64,000 bases of DNA from Catajapyx aquilonaris (lineage: Eukaryota). Both the position numbers and the translations under genes were made by a program. Below the pieces are notes generated by a model. It did no database searches and had not been told where the DNA came from. It saw only the letters and a list, made by a program, of their open reading frames with translations. This document shows, piece by piece, positions 1-12,200 of the stretch. Location: the NCBI GenBank assembly GCA_000934665.2, contig JYFJ02001138.1, positions 1-64,000 on the forward strand, read 5' to 3'. Positions within the stretch are counted from its first letter, which is position 1. The number at the start of each line of letters is the position of its first letter.

Positions 1-565
1 CGTCGTTGGCTAGCGGTATGCAGGAGGGGGGGGGGAAGGGAGGGGGTGAGGAGATGAGAACGTGGGGAAGGCAGGAGGAGCACCAGCATAACTGGAATTT
101 CAAAGTAAAAAAGTAATCCGTGGTAAAAATGCCGCATTTGGTCAGCAGCAGCAGACTTCGTGAAAATAATTTTTTTTGACCATTTAGACTCAAAAAAGTG
201 CCGTTTTCAGATTTATTCTGGTGTTTGTTTGACAAGCTCTACCAGCATACCAAATTTCAGCATCCTAGGACCACTGGAAGTTCCGTATAATTTTGATGAT
301 CAGTCAGTGAGTCAGTCAGTGAGTGTCATATTTTGGCCGTTTCGGGAGTTTTTAGGATTTTGTAAGTCGGAAATGAAAAGAGATATGAACATGGAAGTAA
401 GGGGGCATTATTTTTAATCGATTTTTATCTAGCCAAATAAAATTTTTGAAGCCACGTGTGTTCACCAGTGCGATGATTCGAGGGGGTCAAAATGACGTGA
501 GTTGTGTCGGGTAAAGGTGGTCCGGCAGTGCGGCGAGAACTGCCGTGCCCCCTAATAAGTACTAG
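1..565 (+). mobile_element. 3' part of a non-autonomous Helitron-like element
   Basis: GC hairpin CGGCAGT..ACTGCCG (523-545), then CTAG|T at 562-566; internal (CAGT/GAGT)n tract at 301-325; 5' end not identified. Confidence 0.55.
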
Positions 566-1092
566 TATACTCCCGTCAAATGGCCGACAAAACACGTTGC
601 AGAAGACCTGCGAATAAAAAACCATCACGAAAAGCAAATATTATTTGCCAGAAGTTTATTGATTTCCACTACAATCCCACACTCTGCTCTATACAATACA
701 CACCAAGGTACACACTGATAATGATGCTGAACATAGTCACATGATAGGAAGATATACCCCCCGCTGCTATGTCCATCTTGTCGTGGCGGGACGGGCTTGT
801 TCTTCTTCCCGTGAACTCGAGAACCGTGGAGGGCCCTTTGGTAACGAAAAGAATGTGATCCGAGACCCTGTGCGCGAACCGTAGTAGTAGCACGCGGCAC
901 CCGAACATATCTCGAAAACGCTTGGCTAATGCGACTTTTTACTTTCACCAATGAATTTCTGGCCTGCGATTTACCCCTAGTGTCATTTTCGGGCCGATTG
1001 GCCGATGGCCCTACAGACACTTCCCTTGTTAGTACTTATATGACAATTTTAAACAGTTGCAAAAAGGGAACAACATATATTCTTAAGTCTCT

Positions 1093-1095
<3 letters not shown>

Positions 1096-1147
<52 letters not shown>

Positions 1148-1153
1148 TCTCTC
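1096..1153. repeat. (CT)n microsatellite
   Basis: Direct reading. Confidence 0.95.
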
Positions 1154-1519
1154 TGTCATCACAACAAACAGGTTGCCTTAGCACCTGCCTGTGACATGGC
1201 TGCTTCACGTCTGTCGCGCTTCCTCTTGCGCTCTTTGGCATCAATTGGCGAGCGTAATCTGAGCTGCACGTTGTGGGGTGCTTGCGCTCAGTTTGGATGG
1301 TATACGTAACGCTGTTTTCACCCAGATCGAAACGTCTGACGACACTGATATTTTGCACACGGCTGGTACAGTCTAATCTAACGAAGGGCCCAGCATTTGA
1401 AGACCCCATTTTAAACAGCACATGCATACAACGCATTAGTCGGATTATTTCGTTACGTACAACCACGTCAAGTGGATACCTTTTGGCGTGCCTTTTGGTG
1501 TGGCTGTGGAAGGTCACAC

Positions 1520-2190
1520 ATTCATGCATACATCAAAGTGATTGCACAGATCGATGTTGCATTTTGTGCCCTTGAATTATATGAAGACATCTCTGTCTCT
1601 CTTCCTTTCACATATCCGGCACAGGGAATAACCAGCTGGCAATGCGCATTAGCCGAACGGATATCACAGAGAGCACGCTTAGACTCTGGGAATAATACTG
1701 GGTTGTTGGGAATGATACTGTCACACTAAGGAAACCATGGTCCACATGCTTCGGTTTTAGTCACTCAGATTCCAACTGCGTCAAGATGTCAGAACCGCAC
1801 CCCATGTCTGCTCTTTCGTGGAATTTCCCATGTGCACAAGTCCAGCAACAGTGTCGATTGGTTCAATCCATGGAGCCAACAGGTCTCACTGGGGTTTTCT
1901 GTGGTCCTCCCCAGGTTCCACCGTGGCAATTCTGAGATGGTTCCCATTGCAGAGTGGCCACAAGTGGATCTTTCCACCCCTGTCCTTGTCCCTTCATTGT
2001 GTGTTGTCCATTTGGCAGTGAAAAGGTCCTTTTGCATGACACAACACCAGCTCCCCAGCAACAATCAACTCATGAATGCAGATCACAGAGATGTCAAAGC
2101 AGGAAGTGATTATTTTAAAAATCTGTGCCTCCTGGTTAAGCATGAAAACATAATTGTAACTGAATTTGGGAATCTGCAGAAACCTGAAAA
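1520..2190 (-). pseudogene. Possible highly decayed piggyBac-like transposase C-terminus
   Basis: Broken minus-strand frames give KIITSCFDISV and CRICERKRDR...TKCNIDLC...CVTFH, reminiscent of the piggyBac Cys-rich tail; weak. Confidence 0.25.
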
Positions 2191-2643
2191 TATTGTTTTG
2201 GGTCAGGGAAAGACATTGCATCATCCTATTCACCCAAAAAAATCGTTTTTAATAATTTTATTATTTTTATCACATTGCAGGGAAAAATAAAAACAACCAC
2301 TCTTTTTGTATTAATGAAACCTGTAACTGGACCACAAAGAATGGTTTTGTTCTCAAATACTCAATTCCCCCATTCTCCCCTTCACTTTCATGTCCACATC
2401 AGCTCTGACATCAGCAGAAATGTCACCAGATGTCACCTTTGCCCAAAGGCCTGTTGGCACACTGAACGCGGGAGACAGCTGGGAGTTATGGGGATGTGCT
2501 GCCAGTTCCTCTGACTCAAACGTAGGCAAAGGAGTACCACCTTCATGGAGGAGAGTCTGAGACATTTCAACTAATGTGGATGTGATCTCAATTTTGAAAC
2601 ACTTGGTGTATTTATATTTGTGAATTTACAGCATAACAATATA

Positions 2644-3320
2644 CGGTTGACTCTGGATAGAACACACTTCAAGGACGGTGACAATCAGTCTACTATATCC
2701 GAGGTCTGTCATAGCCAAATCACTACTCTTGCACCGAATGCACAAATGCCTTTAATGCACACTATTGCATACTGATTAATGAAACTATCCACAAAAATGC
2801 AAAATTAGCTCATCCATAAATTGCGCAGGACAAAAAAAAAAACCTAATTTTCTTCTGCTGTCCCTTTCTTGCCAAATATACCAGAAAAAGAATTACTATA
2901 TAATTACCTTTTCGGTCAGTGAAAAAGTGCACCTTTTAAATTTTCTGTACATCTTGGCCATCTTCGTCTCTCTGACTGCTACACTGTACTCCCGATTATC
3001 TGTGCTAACGAATGCACAGGTGTGCCTGGATAAGAATCGTGTGGGTAAATTTGTCGATCAAATGACTGTCGGTGAAACGCCCTGTCGGGGAACATCCTTG
3101 TCGGTGAAATGGCTTGCCGGTGGAATGGGTATGTCTGTGAAATGGCTTGCCGGTGGAATGGGTATGTCGGTGAAATGTCTGTCGGTGAAATGGCCTGTCG
3201 GCCGGGTGGGTGTCGGTGAAATGACCCGCTCCGTAAAAATACACAGGGACTTACGGAAATATGGTGGGCCCGGAGTTTAGAGTCTGCTACAACCCAGTTT
3301 GTTCTATCCAGAGTCAACTG
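2644..3320. mobile_element. Tc1/mariner-pogo-type MITE with TA TSD
   Basis: TIR C(G/A)GTTGACTCTGGATAGAACA at both ends, flanked by TA. Confidence 0.8.
3043..3232. repeat. ~15-bp degenerate tandem repeat (TGTCGGTGAAATGGC-like) inside the MITE
   Basis: About 12 units visible; explains the repetitive ORFs 2927..3280 and 2979..3395. Confidence 0.85.
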
Positions 3321-3406
3321 TACGTTATTTTTATTATGTACTGTGTTCTGACCTGGGATTTGTGATATACATTTGGTCAAGGTTACATGCATCACTGGTT
3401 GATATC

Positions 3407-3664
3407 AATTGAAGCACTCAGAGGAAGAACGGCATATCCCAACCGACCTCCAATTTTGAGTTTGTAGTGCTGTTGTACTCTCCTTCCATCTACCTTTCAT
3501 GTACTGAAGTACCAAATGAATTGGGACATGTCAAAGCTCACATATTCCACTTGTAAAATTTGTCCGTAGCTTTAGCTGCATGGTAAACCAAAACACAAAA
3601 AAGCCACTTTTCTCAAAACGAACTGAGGTTGGGATATGCCGTTCTTTGTCTGAGCGCCTCAATT
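3407..3664. mobile_element. MITE with ~38-bp imperfect TIRs
   Basis: AATTGAAGCACTCAGAGGAAGAACGGCATATCCCAACC / GGTTGGGATATGCCGTTCTTTGTCTGAGCGCCTCAATT. Confidence 0.75.
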
Positions 3665-3978
3665 TTCTTGGTATTTTTGGTGCATTTTCCCGTGATTTTA
3701 ATTTCAGCTATATATTCAACAGATAAATTTTCCAGATTATGTTACAAGAAAAGGATTGGCTTTTTATTGGGCAAAGAAGCACTACACTTGACTTAACCCT
3801 TTGACGGCAGAGTTTTTGAGTCATTGCCTTACCCCAGGGCCTGAGTTATTTTTCACTTTTTCCGGAAATAGATGAAGTGTGATATTAATGAATAATAATC
3901 CTCTGACTGCCTGGATATCCCCGGATTTCCCCCGACTACATTCAGATTACCCCCGGACTACCCGGATTACCACCAGAT

Positions 3979-4252
3979 AATGATGATAATATAATAATGG
4001 ATATCCTGTGATAGGCCTCCTTGGGCCTCTTAGGGGATCATTTTTTAAATACCCGACTTTAATCATTGCCTGCGCTGTGATGGATTTTGATAGTGGGAGG
4101 AAACGGGAGAACCCTGAGAAAACCCACGCGAACGCAGAGAGAACCCATCGAAACTCTATCCACATAAGTATCCTCCGTCCGACCCGGGGATCGAACTCGG
4201 GACCTTAGAGGTGGAAGTCTGCGGTGCTAACCACTCAGCCACCGTGTCGCCC
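3979..4252 (-). mobile_element. tRNA-derived SINE, family A (V-domain-like core)
   Basis: Reverse complement closely matches the copy at 16981; A/B boxes, GTGGGTTTTCTC...TTTCCTCCCAC core, (ATT)n-like tail. Confidence 0.9.
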
Positions 4253-4334
4253 TGATTACCACTGGATTATCACCAGATTATTCTTGGACTACCTACAGTA
4301 TATACCAAGGTGTACACGGACTACCTACAGTATA

Positions 4335-4531
4335 CAGGGTGGACCAACTTCAAGTGTCGTTTTCTAACGGCTATTAATAGAAGCGCTTTACGATTGACGT
4401 AGCAGCGACGTGTAAAATGGCCCACTTTGATGGCGCCGAAGTGGGACATTTTACACGTCGCTGCTACGTCATCGCAAAATCACTGCTATTAATCGCCGTT
4501 ATAAAACAACACTTGAAGTTGGTACACCCTG
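4335..4531. mobile_element. Near-fully palindromic Tc1/mariner-type MITE
   Basis: TA|CAGGGT...ACCCTG|TA; the arms pair almost to the centre. Confidence 0.85.
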
Positions 4532-4584
4532 TATACCAAGGTGTACACGGACTACCCTTAGTGAATAACCCCTCGACTCACCAG

Positions 4585-4768
4585 GGACACTTTCCAAGTG
4601 CCACTCACCTATTTTCCTGAATTCGGTGCATTGGTAGCCCACCCCAAGGGATGAAAAACGCATCTATATTTACCTGGTCAAAATGACCCTGTAACCCATT
4701 TTTGAGGGGGGCAGAGGTAAATGCACCGAATTTCAAATAAATCGGTGAGTGGCACTTGGAAAGTGTCC
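4585..4768. mobile_element. MITE with ~48-bp TIRs
   Basis: GGACACTTTCCAAGTGCCACTCACC / GGTGAGTGGCACTTGGAAAGTGTCC perfect 25-bp inverted repeat plus extension. Confidence 0.8.
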
Positions 4769-5690
4769 TAAGTTGTCAGGCAGGAGCAGCCTCCACAAGA
4801 ACAGGCAGTTTTGGACATTAATCGAGGCATACTGCTAGCGACATTACAGAGGTGCAAGCCAAATGCATGGCAGTTGAGATACCATCCACGAGATGGCAGC
4901 TGTGCAGTTAACAAGTCACTGAAGTCACTGTTGCCCTCTGCATAGAGCATAGGAAGAATTACGTGGGCAAATCTCAAATCGTCATATGACGATCGTAGGG
5001 CTCAAAGGGTTAAGAAACTGATCAATTTTAACAACCAAATAATATTTTCTTGCTGCAAAATCATGCAGTGATGTGGTCTGCCTCCTGCAGTTAGTTCACA
5101 TTTACCACAAAACAATCATCAGTTTTCAGTTGTTGTACTTTCCCTCCCTGAATTGTGGGAGGTCCTGAGCCCCAATTGAGGCACATCATTATGTCTGCTT
5201 TACAGGAGTAATTTTTGCAACGAAAGTACAGATGAATTCCTGTATTGGTTTACAGTCTTTACACTATTTGGTTGATGAACACTACATGTGTATAGCTGGG
5301 AGATAGTGTCACAGACTAACAACTGATGTGGAATGTTTTAATCCATGAGGTGTGAAGAGAACAGGAAATAGGAGGTGGATGGGGGAGAAGTAGGTCATGT
5401 CCATGTGATCAGCAAAGCCTCACTTAATTGTTCATAAGGAATGCAGCTTACTGGCCTCTAGCTGGAGCTTTGTCAATGGGTGATGTATCTTTAGCAGCAT
5501 TTACTAGCTATCATACAAGCAAGTAGATCACAGCCAGCAGTGCAATAATCTTCTAGATCATAACAGTGCCAGTTAATGTTCTAAAAAATTCAATTTTGAG
5601 CTCACCTGCAGGTTTTTTTTGTGAACAGGCCTTAAGTACAATATTATAACCTACTAACATACTTCTCAAATGTCCATAAATAGTGGAAAA

Positions 5691-5696
5691 TTTATT
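5691..5696 (-). terminator. Candidate polyadenylation signal (AATAAA) of APMAP
   Basis: AATAAA on the minus strand about 270 nt past the stop; position plausible, not proven. Confidence 0.35.
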
Positions 5697-5965
5697 TCTG
5701 CACCAAAGTATAACTTTCATCTAACATAATTCAAGTAGAATGCACCAAGCTCATGTGCCTCCTCACCTGCTATGTTTCCAGGCATGAAACTTGCATCATT
5801 CAAAGAAAACAGACATATATTCCAAAACCTTGTAAAACCAATTATTTCGCCAAAATCAGAGTTGGCTTCCCTGGTAGGTTATGTAGAAAGACTGACAACA
5901 TAACTACGGAATCCACTGACCAAACTACACCATTTGTCTGTTATCCCTCTTGTCATCTGCACTCA

Positions 5966-6211
5966 CTACATGACATCCAGTCCTCCCACTGCACTCCTGA
6001 CATTGACCCTTGAACCTCGCTGTACCCTCCAGACACATGCACTGTATGGGGATCCCAAATACATGTAGTCTCCATGAAGGGTCAACTCACTGACATGTAT
6101 CACTTTTCCGTTCATAGCATGTAGGCTTCCAATTATGTTTCCATTTCCATCCACATCAATCACAATGGCATGGCGTGGCTGAATTTTAGATGCAGGTTCT
6201 GGGTGGCCCAG
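5966..6211 (-). CDS. APMAP: APMAP/hemomucin last coding exon (LGHPEP...GSLH...YLGSPY...stop)
   Basis: Polypyrimidine tract plus CAG acceptor; TAG stop at 5968-5966. Confidence 0.93.
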   Translation of the reverse strand: MGHPEPASKIQPRHAIVIDVDGNGNIIGSLHAMNGKVIHVSELTLHGDYMYLGSPYSACVWRVQRGSRVNVRSAVGGLDVM

Positions 6212-9200
6212 CTGCAGAGAAAAGAAGAAGAAATTAAGGTGAGACATAAGTTACTTTTTATCAATTTTTTTGTCAGCTTTACCAAGTAATAATTTCATGA
6301 TTAGGCATCAACATTTTTGAATGCACATTACCAGCCTATTTCATATTATAAAACTGTTTTGAAATATCCTGCTTTCATGTTGAGAATATTTATTCCATGG
6401 CATATCCAAAAGACAATGCTATCCATTTGACCATTAAAATGTTGTAAAATTTCCCCTCGAAAATAGTATGGCCACAGGAAGGCAAAAGTAACTCCTCAAG
6501 TCCCCAGTTACTGTTGTGCATATCCAGAGTATTTCTTATTAGTGGGTTATCCAGCCAGCAGCATAATCATTGCCCCAAAACAAGTCAAAAATGTAGGCAG
6601 ACTGTCAAGAGACCCATCAATAACAAGGTACAGTAAATGACGAGTCACATTGCCTGCCCTTAGATGCGCAGGGAACAATACACACAACACCTTTTTGTAC
6701 TTAGATTTCCTGATGGATGGACATGAGGTACGTTCACATGATCGCGAAATTCCTAGGAAGGGGCAGACTTTCCGAGTTTGTATTTTCCCGTTTGGACCGG
6801 TGACAAAATCTGGAATTCAACTTTCCAGGCACTTTCCTAGGAATTTTTGCGCCGGTGTGAACATACCTATGCTCACCTACAACAATGAACAGTAAGAGAG
6901 ATTTAAATGTAAGAGAAAGAAGTCGATTTCCTATACCATATGCTATACTAGCATGGCTAAGCTGTCTTTTTTTATTAATAATAATTATCTCAAAAGCATC
7001 AAAAAATTAATTTTTCTTCATCCACCCCTTCATTCTATGCTTTAAGTTTAAGTTTAGAAATACATATTATATCAAAATGTGCAATGGTATTTAAAACATG
7101 ACACGAATTCACTGTGTTATTGGGCCAAGCAGAAAAAAAAGAAACCCTCAGAACTCAACAACCCTCATCCTGGAACTTCCCATTTAACATGTGCAATAAA
7201 TGTTTCAAATGTTCAGTATTAAAAACAAAAAATATTAATACTGTTGGTGGGGAATTTTTGGAAATTGTGGAAACTATCTCATTCACTTACATTATAATTT
7301 TGTCTCATTTTACACCTATTAATTTTATACCACTGTGTTTCTGGAACCAATTACCGGCATAATAAGGGTACTTCCTGTACATGGGTAGTATAATCAAACA
7401 TACTGCATCTACCTGTCTTATGCTCTTTCTTAGTGGTATTATGCACAATTAGCTTGTCTTGGTGAATCTAACTGGTAACATTCATGCAAAAATAACTGCT
7501 TTCCCCTACAATAACCTGCTGAACACATAACAGGTGCATTGTTCCTGCAATCTGATAGGAAAGTACTATTGGCACAGAAATGGTTCAGACATTTGTCAGT
7601 GGTACCCGTAAGTGCCCTGACCATTTACATACCAATAGTACCTCTTCTCCCATGCTTTTGTCAAATTGATGTAATACTCACAAAATGCCTAATCCTAGCT
7701 ACATAAACATTAGGAAAGGTCTGTTGGAGAAAACTGAGAGACTCCATTGCTGTGTACAGAAGGCGAGTGGCGATCCTTCGCAAGATTGGTTTGTCTGCCA
7801 GGAATTCAGCAATGTCGAAGTGGCCCTTGAGCCTTGGCGAAAACATGGAGATGTAATATCCGCCCCTTTCATTGGTTCTTATGTTGTCTGGGATTCCAGG
7901 AAGGCCATCCAAGAAGACATCCTTCTGGCCTTTCTTCTTGCCCTTCAAGTGGTACCTGTGTTAATATAAGTGTGTTAAATTATATAAATAGCACGTAATT
8001 TCTTGCTTCAAGTTCAATAAACTTAGAAAAGTGAATTGGAGATATGTAGAAAAATGTTAAAATGTTTAATTCTGGTACAATTCACAGCCTGCTGGTGTTT
8101 TGAGCAAGCTACAGTAGGGTTTCCAAGGGAGTGCCTATCATATGACTAACCTGGCCACACACACCACAGGAATAACATTATTTAAAATTTGAATTACTGG
8201 AAACGAGCCTTGCAGTACCAGAAAATCGACTGACTACATTTGACATGTAACAATCAACAACATAATAATGTCAGTGGTACATGGAACATGGTCAATCAAT
8301 CACCTGGAAGCTCTCAGGAAACCTCCCATAGTACTTCGAGGCCATTTAAAATTATAGCAATCTTTGTACATTGCGAATTCTGCAATGCAACTAACTTCAA
8401 TAAATTTAATGGACCCAAGTGCAAGGTGAAATGGCAGACAGAAAACATTCAAATGACACTAAAATTGCTGAGCTGCTAGGATACAGTTTGGGAGAAAGGG
8501 ATGCATGTTGTACCTCTCCGATTCACATAAGTCTGAACCTTTTTGGATATACATAAGTCCGAGGGGGTGAGCCGCTGCAAAATTAGTCTCCAGTATCTAT
8601 GGCTTTCTAGAAGAAACAGTGTTGGTACATGTAATTCACATGCCTAATTATCATGGGCAGCCCATGCGGAAGCTGCAGCGCCACACAAACTGCAACTGCA
8701 CATTTTGATGTGAAGAGCGGTAGGTCCCGGCATGGGGTGGCACTACTTTCTGGTGTATGGATATCCAAAAAGGTTCAGACTTATGTGAATAGGGGAGTAT
8801 CAATATCATTACTATTCAACTTTTGGTTGTGATGCAATTCCAANTTCAGGATTGATGCAAGGATTACCAAAATAAGAACTGATGAAATTTCTGCATGATC
8901 CACAAAAACAGTTCATGTAATACAGTTGAATGAGGAGATAACAGACTGCAAGGGATCACGAACATAAGGGTTATAACCACAGTCTATTACAGCCACATTG
9001 GCACTTTTCCTATGAATACACAAAGTTTTCTGCATTTCGTATGTCAGATGCACACTACTGCATGCTGATGAATGAAACTATCAGGGAGGTGTAGATGGCC
9101 GAGATGGTAACGTCTCGGCTTGCTGAGTGGAAGGTCCCAGGTTCGATCCCCGCCTGGGAGTTCCCTTCCACCTGCGTCGGGAGGGTCTCTGACCTGCACC

Positions 9201-12200
9201 TTTGAGGTGTCTGGCAACCTAACCTCCTGGGGGACTGCACATGGCCCAAAGGTTAAGACATTGCACCTGCACAAGTGTCCGCTCCCCAACAATCCCTATC
9301 CCTACCCCATATCCCGAAGTCCTTGCACGGAGATTGAAGTAAAATGGAAAATTATTCTAAAATGGTGGTAATCCACTCCCCTATAAACCCTAATAGGGTT
9401 ATCATGGGGTAATAGATGTTTGTTTTTTTAAAACCTGTCTCCTTGAAAACATCACCCAAGGTCGGAACAATATTGCAAGAGAAAGTTTTTCCCCCACACC
9501 AAAATCATGCCCAAAAGCAATAATATTTGGTAAAATAACAATACCCTGCATCACACTCTACACTCTTCTATCTTCAGCATACTCACCTAAGTATCCTGGC
9601 TCTTGCCAATTCTGAAACAAGCACATAATCTTGCTTTGGCGATAGCTTGACTCCATTGGCAAAGTGTATTCCAGAGATAAGTACAGTGCTCTGATTGGTC
9701 TTGGGATCATACTTGAGCAGGCGACCCGAAGGCTCACTCAGAAACTCCAGCAAGGCATCATCCAATGGCACAAAGGTGCTGGAGTCAGACCAGTAGATGG
9801 TTCCATCATCAGCAACATCCACACTGTTGGGACACTTCGGCTGCTTCCCATCAATGGGTTGAGAGCTAGATGCCAGGGTCTGATACGTGCCCTTGTCAAC
9901 ATCCACACGAAACAACCCATAGTAAGCATCAGCCACCAATAGGCTTCCATCCCGGTCAAAGGTTATGCCTAAGGGACGGCCACATTTACGCTCTTCCCAA
10001 GGGCCATCTTTAAAAGTAAGAAATAAGATCCTATTTTAAGGGTTATTTCATTTCTAATTCAAGTAAAAATAAACTCCAGGCATGCACAATGCCAGAAAAC
10101 CTGACAAAGTATGGCAACAGAAATTCTAGAAGTCTGACATATCCTGCTAAAGGTCCAAGAAAAAGTGAGTTGTACAAGCCTAATGAATACATACGTGAAG
10201 CGCTTTCACACAATGCATCCATATTCATGCATCCAATGCACATACAACTGTTTTGGTGTCACGAAGTGTGCAATCTCAAAGCATTGTCGAGATTGCACCA
10301 TGAATCTTACTTCACACCTCCCCTTGTGTTGAAGTAGTCCAAGATAACTCAGACTGAGGTCCACAAGGTATTTTCTACTTCTTGGACTCCCCCCAGATCC
10401 TGATCACCCACATTCATGGCTTGCTGGCTCATTATGAATATTTAGGACTAAATGGACTTCACCAGGCAATTGAGCAGGAAAAATGCTACTTCATGGTGTA
10501 AATAACTCAAAACTGCCAAGATTTGACTTAAGTGTGTTTCACTTGTGTGCCCACGATAAATATGTAGAATTCTTGCTTGCAAAATGAATTGTATCCTTAA
10601 CAAACAGTTGGTGTCCTGAATACCTTATATTGACCACAATAATAATTGGGGCATGCTGGTACAGACCAAGGTTTTGACTGTACTTGCCCAACACCAATGA
10701 AGTTCGCCTAGCACGAAAATCATCTCCATGTCGATGTTACAAATACGAATTACTTGAGAATGAATAATGTTTTAATCACACAACTTATATGCTAATGAGC
10801 CACATGGAAGAGCAATGTTGGTGCGAGATATCAATGCATTTGTCAGTGGAACAAGACAAATAGGACTGTATTTATTTAGCGCGACGGGGGCCATGGAGTT
10901 CGCCCAGAGCGCTAAACGCGCCACAAAGTTCGCTTAGAAACAGGTGGCATCGCCATGGGCAGCAATGACGGCCTCCACACAACACGACATGTGTTGAATG
11001 AGCTCTAGCACTCGGCTAGAGTGATGGTGTCCCAAACCTCCCGTAGTTTGGCCCTCAAGGGATGCCTTGGTGCAAGGATGTTTCCTCTGAAGTAGCCTAC
11101 CTTCTTCATGATTTTCCAGTCTCGGATTGAGGTCCAGGCTGCTCCATGGCCACGAAGAATGTCAATCCCCTTGTCTGCTTCCGCTGCACTGTAATTCATG
11201 TACCAGCTATGTCCTACTTCCCAGCTAGTACATGTGGCCTTAACCAGTACATAGGTAGGACGCAACCGGTACAGAGCCTCGTGTCCTAGCTGTAGCCGGT
11301 ACACAGATGGTCCACACTTCCAGATGGTATGAAGCTGGTACCGAGCTGGTACCGAGCTGGTATATTGAGGAACCTTGAGAACACGTGTCGACAGGATTTA
11401 GGAGGGGGAGGGGGGACCAAAACAAATCCGCCCATTTATTTCTGAGTCGCTTTTTTTTGCTTGAGTAACCTCAGTGGCCCATCGGTAAAGACTTTGAAAA
11501 TGATGCAAGATTTTTTTCCTCCTCCCTCCCACCCTCCCTCCCTCTGGGTTTTCCCCTCTAACGGTAACGGTCGCATCACAGCCAGTATACAGAATATTCC
11601 ATGTTCCGTTCAGTTCAGTCCTCAGTGTCGCTCAGTCTGCAGCAGTGGACAGTGGATGTAGGTGTATGTGGGGTGACTGATAGGAATCACAAGAATTACA
11701 GCTGGACATGTGGCCAGCGCATATTGTGAAGGGCCAGAGTGCTATACCTACGACTGCAAGAGTGCAAGGCCAATATGGTTTTGGGTGCAAGTCAGAACAA
11801 GGATTATGACATCAGTGTCATATTTTTGTTATTTAACATGTGATTTGTATATTTATTTATAGATAAAATAAAGTGTAAATGAGTCATTTAAGTTCCGTGT
11901 GGAATGTTAATTATTTATAATTACCGGTATGTGATTTTTTCCCCCTTCAATTGGCGGGGTGGGGACGTATACATTGGAGATGGGGTCGGCAAGAAGATAA
12001 GGGGGAGGGGTGGTGGTGATGGTGGTGATGGTGGTGGTGAGAAAAGGGGGAAAGGGTTCGGGTGGTTGGGGAGGGGGGAATTCGAATTTTTTGCCTACGC
12101 AGCTGCGCACGCACCTGCGGATGTTTACGACATGTACCGGTTGCTAGCTACGATATCAGCCAGGACATTACCAGGACATCAGCCAGTACCCAGGCGGTAT

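Larger units (their letters stand above)
3797..5009. mobile_element. piggyBac-type non-autonomous element carrying nested insertions
   Basis: TTAA|CCCTTTGA ... TCAAAGGG|TTAA termini; internal ~11-bp repeats (CCGGATTACC-like) at 3910-3978 and 4253-4330. Confidence 0.6.

Noticed and set aside
929..1529. ORFs with SLSLSL or ERERER runs (also 39064..39393, and poly-N/poly-L ORFs at 16518-17370)
   Set aside because: Translations of (CT)n and (ATT)n microsatellites
2927..3395. Repetitive ORFs and a CRISPR-like look of GTCGGTGAAATG units
   Set aside because: 15-bp degenerate tandem repeat without unique spacers, inside a eukaryotic MITE; no cas genes
9064..9085. CTGATGA..GAAA hammerhead-like core
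   Set aside because: No room for stem II and no flanking helices
9084..9170. Possible additional tRNA genes (also at 16981 and 24702)
   Set aside because: A/B boxes present but no closed cloverleaf; they continue into SINE bodies
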